DNA from: an uncultured bacterium
GTDB lineage: Bacteria; Zixibacteria; MSB-5A5; JAABVY01; JAHJOQ01
Reading direction: 5' to 3'
Assembly (NCBI GenBank): GCA_965369655.1
Contig: CBDUQR010000008.1
Location: 12,343 to 76,342 of the forward strand
Length of the DNA stretch: 64,000 nt
The notes beneath the pieces were generated by a model. It ran no database searches. It saw nothing but the letters and a program-made list of their open reading frames with translations, and was not told where the DNA came from. Positions 1 through 9,413 of this stretch are shown here, one piece after another (position 1 is the first letter of the stretch; each line of letters begins with the position of its first letter). Made by a program: the position numbers and the translations under genes.

Positions 1-715
1 GTTGTGAATCAGCGTACGCCATCGTCGTAAAAATGCTCAACACGCCCCCCACCGCACCCGCGCCGAACTGCGACGATGAACCTCCCTGCTGAAATTCCAC
101 TCTGGACACATTCGATAAGGGTATCGAATTGACATCCGCTACGCCCGTGATCGGCGAGTTGATCCTGACTCCGTCGAGCAGCACGAGCACTTCCTTCGAC
201 GGCCCGCCCCTGACCGAAACTGAAGCCTCACCTGAATTTCCTGCGGTGCTGTTGACGATCAGATTCGGAATCTGGTCGAGAATTTCAGCCACTGTGCTCG
301 CAGATTGAAACTCCGGAGACCTGCGATCAATTACGATCTTCCGCGAATCGTTGTGGAGCTTCGAACCAAGAATCTTCTGCGCCCCAGCATAGTAAAGCAG
401 AGGTTTAAGACACAGATCGCAAGTCGCAGTCCTGTCGATATATACAACGACCGCCACCTGCGAGTCATAGTATGCCGGAGCGGAGATTTCGATCTCATAC
501 GATCCCGGCTTCAGACCATACACCCGGAACGATCCGTTCTCGTCTGTCACTATCGCATCCGGAGTCGCGTTGATTCTGATGACACCGTCGGGGACAGGAC
601 GATTCGTCTCGCAGTCGGTGAGCCGTCCGCTGATACTCAGGTCCGACTGCCCGGATGCGACGCCGGACAAGATTGTCAAAATGCAGACCAGAGAGAAAAG
701 CCGCTGCAAAGTCAT
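1..715 (-). CDS. TonB-dependent receptor, BtuB-like (N-terminal part; runs off the window)
   Basis: Hand translation of the minus strand: signal peptide MTLQRLFSLVCILTILSGVASG, a carboxypeptidase-regulatory-like domain (ISGRLTD...TDENGSF...LKPGSYEI) and a plug motif VSVRGGPSKEVLVLLDGVRIN...GAGAVGGVLSIFT. In-frame alternative GTG start at 769. Lies downstream of a cobalamin riboswitch. Confidence 0.88.
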   Translation of the reverse strand, partial: MTLQRLFSLVCILTILSGVASGQSDLSISGRLTDCETNRPVPDGVIRINATPDAIVTDENGSFRVYGLKPGSYEIEISAPAYYDSQVAVVVYIDRTATCDLCLKPLLYYAGAQKILGSKLHNDSRKIVIDRRSPEFQSASTVAEILDQIPNLIVNSTAGNSGEASVSVRGGPSKEVLVLLDGVRINSPITGVADVNSIPLSNVSRVEFQQGGSSSQFGAGAVGGVLSIFTTMAYADSQ

Positions 716-799
716 ACTGCTCAGCACAGCGCAGACAATGTGGATGAAAATCGTACTCGTGACTCTCACCCCCGCCCGCGCAAGGATAAGGTTCAGGTC

Positions 800-968
800 A
801 GGTCCGGCAGGTCTCCTGGCTCACGGGTCATCCTACTCGCAGGCGCCTTCCCACCCGAGGGCAGTGGCATTCGATATTACGTGCCTGCTTTCGTCGCCGA
901 TTACAGTAGCGGGGCTGCGGTGGCATCTCACCACCTTCCCTATTAAGCGCTCTGCACCGAACCGATTT
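800..968 (-). ncRNA. cobalamin (B12) riboswitch
   Basis: Minus strand shows AATAGGGAAggtGGTGAgAtgCCAccGCAGCCCCGCtACTGT...GCCACTG...GGGAAGGC...GAGCCAGGAGACCTGCC (B12 box), directly upstream of a TonB receptor. Confidence 0.95.
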
Positions 969-976
969 CAGAAAGC

Positions 977-1005
977 AATAAAACTGGGGATCAGTCGAGT
1001 GTCAA
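977..1005 (-). promoter_or_regulatory. sigma70-like promoter for the riboswitch/btuB leader
   Basis: TTGACA-17 bp-TTTATT just upstream of the riboswitch. Confidence 0.55.
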
Positions 1006-1007
1006 CA

Positions 1008-2063
1008 TCAATCTTCGGTTGGGTCCTGATGGCTCGCCAGTTGTCCGCATGCGGCGAGTATATCTGCGCCTCTCGACTTGCGAAAAGTGACAGCCGGGCA
1101 TCGGGGATACAGGTAGTCGGTAAAGCGGATAACGCTCTCCTCTGACGGTCGCCGAAATGCAGGAGGAAGACCCGGCGCAGAGTTGTATGCGAGCAGATTG
1201 ATCTTGCATGGCAGATCATGTATGAACCGCACGAGATCTTTGGCACATTCGAGCGTGTCGTTGATACCGCCGATCAGGCAGTATTCTATCGTCAGGCGTT
1301 TGCCGGTAGTATCGGCATAGTGTTTCATCGCGGCGCGCAGCTCGGACAGCGGATATTTCTTATTGATCGGAACAAGCTTTGACCGAAGATCATCATTGGC
1401 CGCGTGAAGCGATACGGCCAGCATCGTTTTCAAGCCGGAATCAGCGAGGCGATATATCCCCGGCACAATTCCGACCGTCGAGAATGTGATCCTCTTCTGT
1501 GCGATGCCGAGGCCATGGTCGGACATCAGGAGTTCCGCCCCCGCGACAACATTGTCGTAGTTCAGAAACGGCTCCCCCATACCCATGAATACGATATTCT
1601 GGAAATCATCATCGCCCGACAGGACCGACTTGACCGAATAGACCTGCTCCGCAATCTCTCCGGGCGTAAGATCGCGCTGCAGTTTCATCGTCCCGGTCAG
1701 GCAGAACGTGCACGCCAGCGGGCACCCGACCTGACTCGAAACACATATTGTACTCCTGCTCGATCCGGGAATCCAGACAGTCTCGATCATTGCGCCGTCA
1801 GCGAGCCGCAACAGCAGCTTGCGTGTTCTGTCGATCTCGGATGATGTCGTACTGACTATCTCGGCGCGAGATACATAATATCCGGCGGAAAGAACCTCAC
1901 GGAATTCTCTCGACAGACTGGTCATCCCGGAGAACTCGGTCGCATTGTGCCTGTGAATCCATTGAAATAGTTGCCGACCCGGATACTTCCTTTCGACAAG
2001 TTCATCCGACAGGTTTTCAAGCTCTATAAGGCTGAAATTCTTCAGATCAATTTTCGACCGCAT
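1008..2063 (-). CDS. rlmN: 23S rRNA/tRNA m2A methyltransferase RlmN (radical SAM)
   Basis: CPLACTFC, VFMGMGEP, SLHA and ACGQL motifs. Start ATG at 2063 overlaps the der stop. Confidence 0.95.
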   Translation of the reverse strand: MRSKIDLKNFSLIELENLSDELVERKYPGRQLFQWIHRHNATEFSGMTSLSREFREVLSAGYYVSRAEIVSTTSSEIDRTRKLLLRLADGAMIETVWIPGSSRSTICVSSQVGCPLACTFCLTGTMKLQRDLTPGEIAEQVYSVKSVLSGDDDFQNIVFMGMGEPFLNYDNVVAGAELLMSDHGLGIAQKRITFSTVGIVPGIYRLADSGLKTMLAVSLHAANDDLRSKLVPINKKYPLSELRAAMKHYADTTGKRLTIEYCLIGGINDTLECAKDLVRFIHDLPCKINLLAYNSAPGLPPAFRRPSEESVIRFTDYLYPRCPAVTFRKSRGADILAACGQLASHQDPTED

Positions 2064-3388
2064 CAGTTCCTCACGCCCCGCGCTTTTACTTTGATCCTGA
2101 TCGGCACGCCCTCGAAATCCCAGGTCGCCCGCAGGCGATTCTCGATATACCTGAGATACTGTCTCTGCAAGAGTTTCGGGTAGTTGCAGAAAAACACGAA
2201 CGTCGGAGGACAAACCTCAGACTGCGTCACGTAGAAAAACTTTATGTGCTTGCCGCGCACCGCCGCCGGATGCTGCCTGTTGACAGTCTCCTCGATGAAC
2301 CGATTCAACTCTGAAGTCTGGATTCGATAGTTCTGACGGTCATTGATTTTCTTGCAGAGCTTCAGGACATTGACTCCGCGCTGACCGGTTGTTGCGGACA
2401 TGAAGATCATCGGCAAGTATGACAACGTTGGGATTTTCCCTCGTATCGACTCCTCGTAAATCCGAGACGTGTTCGTCTCTTTGTCCTCGATAAGATCCCA
2501 CTTGTTGATCGCAAGCAACGCCCCCGTCCTGAACGACATCACTTCTTCAAGCACCTGGATATCCTGATGCAACAGGCCTTCGTGCGCCTCGATCAGGATG
2601 ACCGCGATGTCGCATCGTTCGACGCTCTTCAGGGTCCGAAGCGTAGTGTAGAACTCGATGTTCTCTTTGATCTTTGATTTTCTCCTGAGCCCCGCCGTAT
2701 CTATGAGGATAAACTTCTCCCCCTCGAATTCGATCTGAGTATCTATCGAATCCCTCGTCGTTCCTGGAATGTCAGTGACAATCTGTCGCTGTTTCCCGCT
2801 GAGGAAATTCACAAGCGATGATTTGCCGACGTTGGGCCGCCCTACTACCGCAATTTTCAGCATGTCGCTTTCGGGAAGCTCTTCGCCCTCAGGCAGGCGC
2901 TCGACGATCAGGTCGAGCATATCCCCTGTGTTATAACCTGATATGGCTGCGATGTCGATCGGTTCTCCGAGTCCTAACGAGAAGAACCGATTCGTCTCGA
3001 GCTGGTATGTCTCGTTGTCAGCTTTGTTGGCAACCACAAGCACCGGCGTTTTCGATCTCTGGAGCCTCCGGGCGATGTCATCATCGAGATCAGTCGCGCC
3101 GACCCTGGAATCGACCATGAACAGCACAAGATCAGCCTCGTCGATAGCGATCTCAGCCTGCTCACGGACGAGTTGGTTGATGAGATCATCGCTGTCGGGA
3201 ATGAATCCACCCGTATCGATGAGATAGAATTCCCTGCCCGCCCAGTCTGCACGGCCAAATAAGCGGTCGCGCGTTACGCCGGGCTGATCATCGACAACCG
3301 CGACTCGCTGTCGCAGGATGCGATTGAACAGGGTCGACTTTCCTACATTCGGTCGACCTATGATTGCCACGACAGGAAGACGGTTCAA
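2063..3388 (-). CDS. der: ribosome biogenesis GTPase Der (EngA)
   Basis: Two tandem GRPNVGKS / DTxG / NKxD G-domains plus a C-terminal KH-like domain. Confidence 0.97.
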   Translation of the reverse strand: MNRLPVVAIIGRPNVGKSTLFNRILRQRVAVVDDQPGVTRDRLFGRADWAGREFYLIDTGGFIPDSDDLINQLVREQAEIAIDEADLVLFMVDSRVGATDLDDDIARRLQRSKTPVLVVANKADNETYQLETNRFFSLGLGEPIDIAAISGYNTGDMLDLIVERLPEGEELPESDMLKIAVVGRPNVGKSSLVNFLSGKQRQIVTDIPGTTRDSIDTQIEFEGEKFILIDTAGLRRKSKIKENIEFYTTLRTLKSVERCDIAVILIEAHEGLLHQDIQVLEEVMSFRTGALLAINKWDLIEDKETNTSRIYEESIRGKIPTLSYLPMIFMSATTGQRGVNVLKLCKKINDRQNYRIQTSELNRFIEETVNRQHPAAVRGKHIKFFYVTQSEVCPPTFVFFCNYPKLLQRQYLRYIENRLRATWDFEGVPIRIKVKARGVRN

Positions 3389-4686
3389 TTCGACAACTCC
3401 TCCATGATCCTGATGAGTGTCTCGCGAGGAGAATATGACGCCTGGACAACAGGGCGATCCAGTTCCCTCGACATATCGTTCAGAGCCAGATCATCCAGAA
3501 ACAAACCATCATCGTTCAGACAATCCGGCGGTACTACCACGCAGTCTCCGATTCGATCCAGCCCTCTTGCGGCATCGATCATATCCGTTCCGCACAACAA
3601 TCCAGAAACCGAAACAGTACGCCCCAGGAATTCGTTCTGAACAGGCACAACCTCGCAACTGAGACTGCCGACAGTCGCCCACTTCTCGGCAAGAGTTGAA
3701 TCGAGAATATCCGAAACCATGCGACCCGTCAGCACGGTGAGACTCAGATCGCCATCGATGGATATATCGCCCGCCGTGTCCGAGTCGAGCAACTGCCTGA
3801 CCATCCCCACTCCATTCTCAACCTGTGGGAAATCATCGTAGAATGAACTCGGCGGTATCTGCTCACCCACGAGTATGAAGAACTCGTCCGCAGGATAGAC
3901 AAAACGGCTCGCCAGAGATTCAGCAAGGGATTCTCCCTTTCTCATCAGATACGACAGGACCTCGCGCGCCAGATCGGGAGTCACCGGATCGATGCGGGGA
4001 AGTTTCGATCTGTGCCTCGTCAGGCCGACAGGCACAACAGCTATCGACGCGACATTCGGACAGAGATCGGCGAGATCATCAATGGTCCGCTCGAGTTGCG
4101 CGCCATCGTTCCAGCCGGGGCATAACACAATCTGCGTGTGAAGCTCGATCCCGGACTCGACAAGTCGCCTGAGCTGCGGCATCAGATCGGGAATCTTGTC
4201 GTTGCTGAGCAGTCGGCGCCGGAGTTCCTCGTTCGTGGTGTGAACTGAAACATAGAGTGGCGACAGTCTCTGGGATTCGATCCTCTCGAAATCCGATTCG
4301 CTAAGATTTGTCAGCGTGATGTAGTTGCCATGGCTGAACGACAATCGATAGTCCTCATCTTTGATGTAGAGCGATCTTCTGAGACCCTTCGGAAGCTGGT
4401 GTATGAAACAGAACACACACTTATTCCCGCAGGTTTTAACCCTGTCCGGCTCGAACTCAAGCTCAAGACCGAGCAGGTCCTCAAAACCGATTTCGAGTTC
4501 GATCTGTTCGCCATCGGACGTTTCTATCAGCAGGATCAAGTCTTCTTCTGTCGACAGAAATTCGTAGTCGAGCAGATCGCTGACCTGACGGCCATTCACG
4601 GCCAGCAGTTTGGATCCTTCGCCGATACCGAGGTCCCGCAGCATCGGATCATCGGATGTCGATTTGATTGTCAGCATATCCTGCAT
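3385..4686 (-). CDS. PDZ + Fe-S (DUF512 / TIGR03279-type) putative radical SAM protein
   Basis: CGNKCVFCFIHQLP, KDEDYRLSF, PQVENGVG and SGLLCGTD motifs. Family is commonly found next to der. Confidence 0.88.
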   Translation of the reverse strand: MQDMLTIKSTSDDPMLRDLGIGEGSKLLAVNGRQVSDLLDYEFLSTEEDLILLIETSDGEQIELEIGFEDLLGLELEFEPDRVKTCGNKCVFCFIHQLPKGLRRSLYIKDEDYRLSFSHGNYITLTNLSESDFERIESQRLSPLYVSVHTTNEELRRRLLSNDKIPDLMPQLRRLVESGIELHTQIVLCPGWNDGAQLERTIDDLADLCPNVASIAVVPVGLTRHRSKLPRIDPVTPDLAREVLSYLMRKGESLAESLASRFVYPADEFFILVGEQIPPSSFYDDFPQVENGVGMVRQLLDSDTAGDISIDGDLSLTVLTGRMVSDILDSTLAEKWATVGSLSCEVVPVQNEFLGRTVSVSGLLCGTDMIDAARGLDRIGDCVVVPPDCLNDDGLFLDDLALNDMSRELDRPVVQASYSPRETLIRIMEELSN

Positions 4687-4971
4687 TCACAACTCACTCA
4701 AAGCCATACCGAAAACATTGCACGGAATATACGGCGACAGGGCTGTGAAACAAATACATTCCGGGATCGCCCAGCCTCTCATAGCCTGACCGATCGGAAT
4801 CTGAAGAGTAGATGTTCCGATAAGCACCGGCAAACCTGTGGTAGAATGCTGTTCTCAACCGCACACTGATAACCACTGGAAGATACAGTCATCCGCTATC
4901 ACATGATGTGTGAGACGAGCGAGATTGGTGCTTGACTTCCCGAAATGTTTCGAGCAAATTACTGCCCGAGT

Positions 4972-5043
4972 GCACCGGTAATTCAGTGGTAGAATGCAAG
5001 CTTCCCAAGCTTGACGTCGCGGGTTCGAGTCCCGTCCGGTGCT
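4972..5043 (+). tRNA. tRNA-Gly(CCC)
   Basis: Acceptor stem GCACCGG/CCGGTGC, anticodon arm CAAGC-TTCCCAA-GCTTG, T-loop GGTTCGAGTCC. No encoded CCA. Confidence 0.95.
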
Positions 5044-5100
5044 CTTTTCATTATTCAGATGACTGGAAGTAATCTGAGGCTATAATATTGTCGTAGTCCA

Positions 5101-5465
5101 GCAGGGCAGGTGTCTCCGACACTTGCTATCTGTTCTGTCAGAAGCGAAGCGCATCTGCCTTACTCCACTGTCCACCTGCTGTGATACCGGCGAAAGGGCT
5201 TGTTGAGAAGCCTCTGTTTTTGCCGAATGCGTGTCAGATTCATTGTTGCGTCGGGTCTTGATCGCGCGCAGCGCGAGTGTGACCTGACGCATCGCTTGCA
5301 GGCCGGCAGGTCATCGGTCGCTGATCCCGTCATTGACCCCGATCTTCGAGGGGATCCTGAGGGACACGCCTTCGGCGCAAGACCAGCCGGAACGAAGAAT
5401 GGACCCCGGTTTTCACCGGGGTGACAGTCCTCGGCCGTGTCATTCCGGCGAAAGCCGGAATCTAT
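5101..5465. repeat. cluster of palindromic REP/RPE-like elements
   Basis: GCAGGTGTCTCCGACACTTGC (similar copy at ~63929), TGCGTCGGGTC...GACCTGACGCA hairpin, GGACCCCGGTTTTCACCGGGGTGAC, and GTCATTCCGGCGAAAGCCGGAATC (similar copy at ~59484). Confidence 0.75.
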
Positions 5466-5513
5466 CTTCATCGTTGCCATTCCGCAAGGCGAGACCGAAG
5501 GCGTGTCTTAAGT

Positions 5514-7460
5514 TTACGACTTCAATTCGACATCCCCCTCGCAAATGCTCGCCAGCCCTGCCATCATCTGCAGCACGCGTTGTCTAGGGTTTTCCATCTT
5601 CAGCTCGGTGAACACCCGCAACGCTTCTTTTAATGCATCTTTTGCCTTGGTGCAGTTCTCAAACCTGTTCTCGGCAGTCGCCCACATGCCGTACGCAATC
5701 CCGACATTCATCGTAGTCATCGCATAGTCCATCGGGAAATCATCGTAAGTATGAACCCGTAGCGCTGCTTTGAATGCGCTCAACGCAAGCTTGCAGTTCG
5801 GTGCCTTATCCTCTACCTGAGCAAGAGTCCAGTAAGCATTCCCAAGATTGTTCTGAGTCATCGCATAGTCCATCGGGAAATCGTCGAAGGTACTGACCCG
5901 GAACGCTTCATTGAATGCCTCTATCGCAGCCTTGCAGTTAGAGGGCTTATCCTCTACCTCGGCAAAAGACTGGTATGCAGCCCCAAGATTGTTCTGAGTC
6001 ATCGCATATTGAATCGGGAAATCGTCGAAGGTACTGACCCGAAGCGCTTCATTGTATGCCTCTATCGCAGCCCTGCAGTTCGATGCCCTATCCTCAACCT
6101 CGGCAAGTCTCTGGTAAGCAGCCCCAAGATTGTTCTGAGTCCCCGCATACTGAAACGGGAAATCGTCGAATGTATAGACCCGAAGCGCTTCATTACAGGC
6201 ATCTATCGCAAGCCTGCAGTAAGATGCCTTATCCTCTACCTCGGCAAGAGTCCGGTAAGCATTCCCAAGATTGTTTTGAGTCATCGTATACTGTCCCGGA
6301 TTGTCGGATATTGTCCAAGTGTTCAGCGCCTGTTTGCATGCAGAAATCGCAACCTTCATGTAAGCGGCTTTCTCCAGCTTGACAAGACCCTGTTCATAAG
6401 ACTTATCCTCAATACTGAGCAGCGCAGAGGGATCGTCACCGAAAAGCTCAACCAACCTCCTGAAATCCTCAACACCAACGAAATCGCCCTCGACAACATA
6501 CTGCAGATACGCTTCCTCGAAATGGACGCCGCTCTCTTTTTTATCCGCAAAGCCTTGCGTCGCGAGCTTGCCGAATACCTCGTCCCACCAGAGCTTTTTC
6601 TTGTCTATCTCGTGGAACTTGCTTGCAACTTTGTGAATGTTATTGAGCGAGAATATCTCTCGTCCTTCATAGATGCCAGCCTGATAGAGACGTTTCACAG
6701 ACTGAAGCACAGCCTTGCCGGCAGCATCGAGTTGCCCGTAGCGTCGCTTCATCTCCTCAATATCGAGGAAGATCGATCCAATATTGCCGTCGAATGTCTC
6801 AGGCATCTGCTTGCCTGCTTTTGCCGCAACATTTTTTGCTACATCAGGAGTGATCTTGTCGAGCATGAGATATTCGGCAATACGAATACCTGCTTCCTGT
6901 TCCAGCTTCTGTTGCACAAAATCCGCTTCAGTCTCCCAGCATGTCCCGACTATTATCGTACCCCGTCTCACAAACTTTCTGAGTACATTTGTGAAGTTTA
7001 GTTTTATTAAGAACTTTCCTATATCGTCAACAAGCAGGACTTCACGAGTAACCATCTTCATGTTGTACGGTATTTCGATATCAGCAGGAAAACTGTCAAC
7101 AGCAAGTGTTGGGATCGTTATTACCGCAGGTTCTTTGAGAGTCTTGAGTGCATTGAACACGCTCCTCGTCTTTCCAGACAGAGGTTTGCCTATAACAATA
7201 ACATGTTCCCCTTGATCGATCAATTCCCTCAATTTGTCATCAATCGGTCTCGCATAATAGTACTTACGGAAACCGTGCTTCTTTTCTCCGCGAGAGTGCA
7301 TTGCTTGATCCGGAGTTAGCCGAGATGCGCGCTTCCAGATTGCTTCGTAATAGCCACTTGCCAAAGCTCTTTTATCTATTCTTCGCCAGAAATACTGAAA
7401 AGCAAAAACACTCAATGTAACAACAACAGCGACTATCGCCCAGAATATCGGATCACTCAC
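5514..7460 (-). CDS. membrane-anchored P-loop NTPase with C-terminal TPR repeats
   Basis: N-terminal TM helix, Walker A GKPLSGKT, Walker B VLLVDD, and five 47-aa repeats (YAMTQNNLGxAY...EALRVxTxDDFP). Confidence 0.85.
   Translation of the reverse strand: MSDPIFWAIVAVVVTLSVFAFQYFWRRIDKRALASGYYEAIWKRASRLTPDQAMHSRGEKKHGFRKYYYARPIDDKLRELIDQGEHVIVIGKPLSGKTRSVFNALKTLKEPAVITIPTLAVDSFPADIEIPYNMKMVTREVLLVDDIGKFLIKLNFTNVLRKFVRRGTIIVGTCWETEADFVQQKLEQEAGIRIAEYLMLDKITPDVAKNVAAKAGKQMPETFDGNIGSIFLDIEEMKRRYGQLDAAGKAVLQSVKRLYQAGIYEGREIFSLNNIHKVASKFHEIDKKKLWWDEVFGKLATQGFADKKESGVHFEEAYLQYVVEGDFVGVEDFRRLVELFGDDPSALLSIEDKSYEQGLVKLEKAAYMKVAISACKQALNTWTISDNPGQYTMTQNNLGNAYRTLAEVEDKASYCRLAIDACNEALRVYTFDDFPFQYAGTQNNLGAAYQRLAEVEDRASNCRAAIEAYNEALRVSTFDDFPIQYAMTQNNLGAAYQSFAEVEDKPSNCKAAIEAFNEAFRVSTFDDFPMDYAMTQNNLGNAYWTLAQVEDKAPNCKLALSAFKAALRVHTYDDFPMDYAMTTMNVGIAYGMWATAENRFENCTKAKDALKEALRVFTELKMENPRQRVLQMMAGLASICEGDVELKS
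5600..6300 (-). repeat. 141-bp coding tandem repeat (TPR)
   Basis: CCCAAGATTGTT recurs at 5841, 5982, 6123 and 6264. Confidence 0.9.
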
Positions 7461-7505
7461 TCTCTACTCCTGTATTCCTTTCCCGAAATCATCGTTGCCT
7501 GTCCC

Positions 7506-8549
7506 CTACTCTCCCTCGACCGCGACTTCTTCCGTCACAGAATCATCGCTGGGTTGTCCGCTTTCTTTGAGTGATTCATCGCGGAGTTCGCGGAAACGCA
7601 GATGGTCGAAGTACAGAAACATCAGACCGGCGACAAAGATCGGGATCATATCCATGACATGAAGGATAATCGAAAACGACACCGCACTCGACTTGTCAAC
7701 GCCGAACAGCGCCATGCTGACGATGCATGCCCACTGGAACGTGCCGAGATTGCCGGGCGTGATCGGAAACATCAGGAGCACGGAATTGACGACGAGTATC
7801 ACCAGCGCGCCCCAGATCGGCATGTCGATCCCGAACATCCTGATGATGAATACGATCACGAGCGCATGTGATGCCCAGAGCAGCAGCGAATAGATCGCCG
7901 TCAGCGTGGAATGCTTCAGACTCGTCAGTATATCGAGAGCATCGACAAACGACTTCGAGACATGCCTGATTTTCTCGAACAGTCTCGGAAATCGCAGTTT
8001 GAGTCTGCGCCTGCCGTAAATCCTGAGCTTGCGGCGATTGTGCACGATTAACAACAGTGCGACCGCGAGTGTCACAAGGACTATACCTGCGAGAATTCCC
8101 GACCTCGCGAGCCATCCCGGGAACACGACAAACGTCGATGCCGCGAGCATGATGATCAGCAGCGAGACGCCGTCGAAGAGCACCTCGATGATTATGGTCG
8201 TCGCGCAATACGTCTTTGGAAGCTTCGCCTGTTTCGACAGAACCAAAACCCGCGCAGCCTGCCCGGTGAGCGCGGGCAGCGAAACATTGATCATCTGGCC
8301 AACTGAGTAGATTGAATAGATATTGCGAAACGTCAGCTTCGTAACCGGATCCATGATGACTCGCCATCTGAGGGCTTTGCAGACATTCATCAGGAACGCC
8401 GCAATGATCGCCGGAATCAAATACCAGTAATTTGTCTGAGACAGGATGTCACCTATACGCTCACGGTCGAGATCATGGAACGACAGGAAGAGCAGGACAA
8501 TCGCAACAATGAGACCGAGAGCCCGCTTGTATTTTAGCAGAAACCGCAT
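7506..8549 (-). CDS. lysylphosphatidylglycerol synthase TM / flippase-like (UPF0104) protein
   Basis: Multi-TM protein with ALRWRV, INVSLPA.GQAAR and PITPGNLG motifs. Confidence 0.85.
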   Translation of the reverse strand: MRFLLKYKRALGLIVAIVLLFLSFHDLDRERIGDILSQTNYWYLIPAIIAAFLMNVCKALRWRVIMDPVTKLTFRNIYSIYSVGQMINVSLPALTGQAARVLVLSKQAKLPKTYCATTIIIEVLFDGVSLLIIMLAASTFVVFPGWLARSGILAGIVLVTLAVALLLIVHNRRKLRIYGRRRLKLRFPRLFEKIRHVSKSFVDALDILTSLKHSTLTAIYSLLLWASHALVIVFIIRMFGIDMPIWGALVILVVNSVLLMFPITPGNLGTFQWACIVSMALFGVDKSSAVSFSIILHVMDMIPIFVAGLMFLYFDHLRFRELRDESLKESGQPSDDSVTEEVAVEGE

Positions 8550-8651
8550 ACGATACTCCGTAAGCGCCGTGATAGAAAAAGATAACGCCCCCGATTTATC
8601 AAGTCAACGATTAACAAGCAAAAGCTTAAATCATGAAGTGGGATGTGCAGG

Positions 8652-9413
8652 TCAGATTTTCACGGCGTCAGTGAGCTTTATCCAGCCTTTGAGACGATTG
8701 TCGAATATCCCGAAATACCAGCCGCTCTCCTGCTTCAGGATATCGAATGTCAGCCCCTCGTGCGCAAGGAACTGTTCGTCGAAATCCTCTCCGGGCCCTG
8801 CCCTGACCGATACCTCGGGGACAATGATCGCTCCACGCACAGCGTAATAGCCAAAATGAGCATTGACGCCGGTACAGATTCCCGCGCAGATGAGCATCAC
8901 CAGCAGTACGGACAAAATCGCCTTGACCACAATCGTGCGCTTCCGGGTCCAGATCATGTATGCGAGCACGACGGAGGACAGGAACAGCAGGCACGACGAA
9001 AGCACCGCCCATTCGTCGGTAGTGTAGAAAAGCACGAGCGATTTATACCACATCCAGATTGGAGACTGCGCAGTCGGATCGACCTTGTCCACCAGATACT
9101 GGCGAGCGAATTCGAGATTCGCCCTGATGTCGTCGTTTCTCGGTTCGAGCCGTAGCGCGCGATGATAGCATGCGATCGCAATCCCGAGGCGGCCTGTCTT
9201 GAAATATGCATTGCCGAGATTGTAATGGAGTGCGGCGTTGTCAACCCCGCCCGAGAGGACGGCAAGGTAGCTCTTTATCGCACCGTCGTAGTCGCCCTTT
9301 TGATACAGGTCGTTCGCCACGTCGAAATCATGTTCGAGCGCGCCTGATGCCCATACCGCGCCGACGCAGAGAGCGGCCACAATCGCGATGATGACTACGA
9401 GTCGCAATGTCAT
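8652..9413 (-). CDS. batE: BatE-like TPR + SH3 protein
   Basis: TPR (LHYNLGNAYFK), two TM helices, SH3b (VRAGPG...HEGL...GWI). ATG at 9413 overlaps the batD stop. Confidence 0.85.
   Translation of the reverse strand: MTLRLVVIIAIVAALCVGAVWASGALEHDFDVANDLYQKGDYDGAIKSYLAVLSGGVDNAALHYNLGNAYFKTGRLGIAIACYHRALRLEPRNDDIRANLEFARQYLVDKVDPTAQSPIWMWYKSLVLFYTTDEWAVLSSCLLFLSSVVLAYMIWTRKRTIVVKAILSVLLVMLICAGICTGVNAHFGYYAVRGAIIVPEVSVRAGPGEDFDEQFLAHEGLTFDILKQESGWYFGIFDNRLKGWIKLTDAVKI

Noticed and set aside
305-1145. Plus-strand ORFs 305-946 and 570-1145
   Set aside because: Antisense to the TonB receptor and the riboswitch.
2064-2213. N-terminal extensions from the ORF track (rlmN 2213, Omp85 20773, merR 61809, ATPase 48205)
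   Set aside because: They overlap upstream genes or promoters, or lack an SD; downstream coupled or SD-backed starts fit better.
5600-6300. Periodic repeats as a CRISPR array
   Set aside because: 141-bp in-frame TPR repeats with no unique spacers and no cas genes.
4972-7500. tRNA-integrated island or prophage
   Set aside because: No integrase and no duplicated tRNA 3' end seen.
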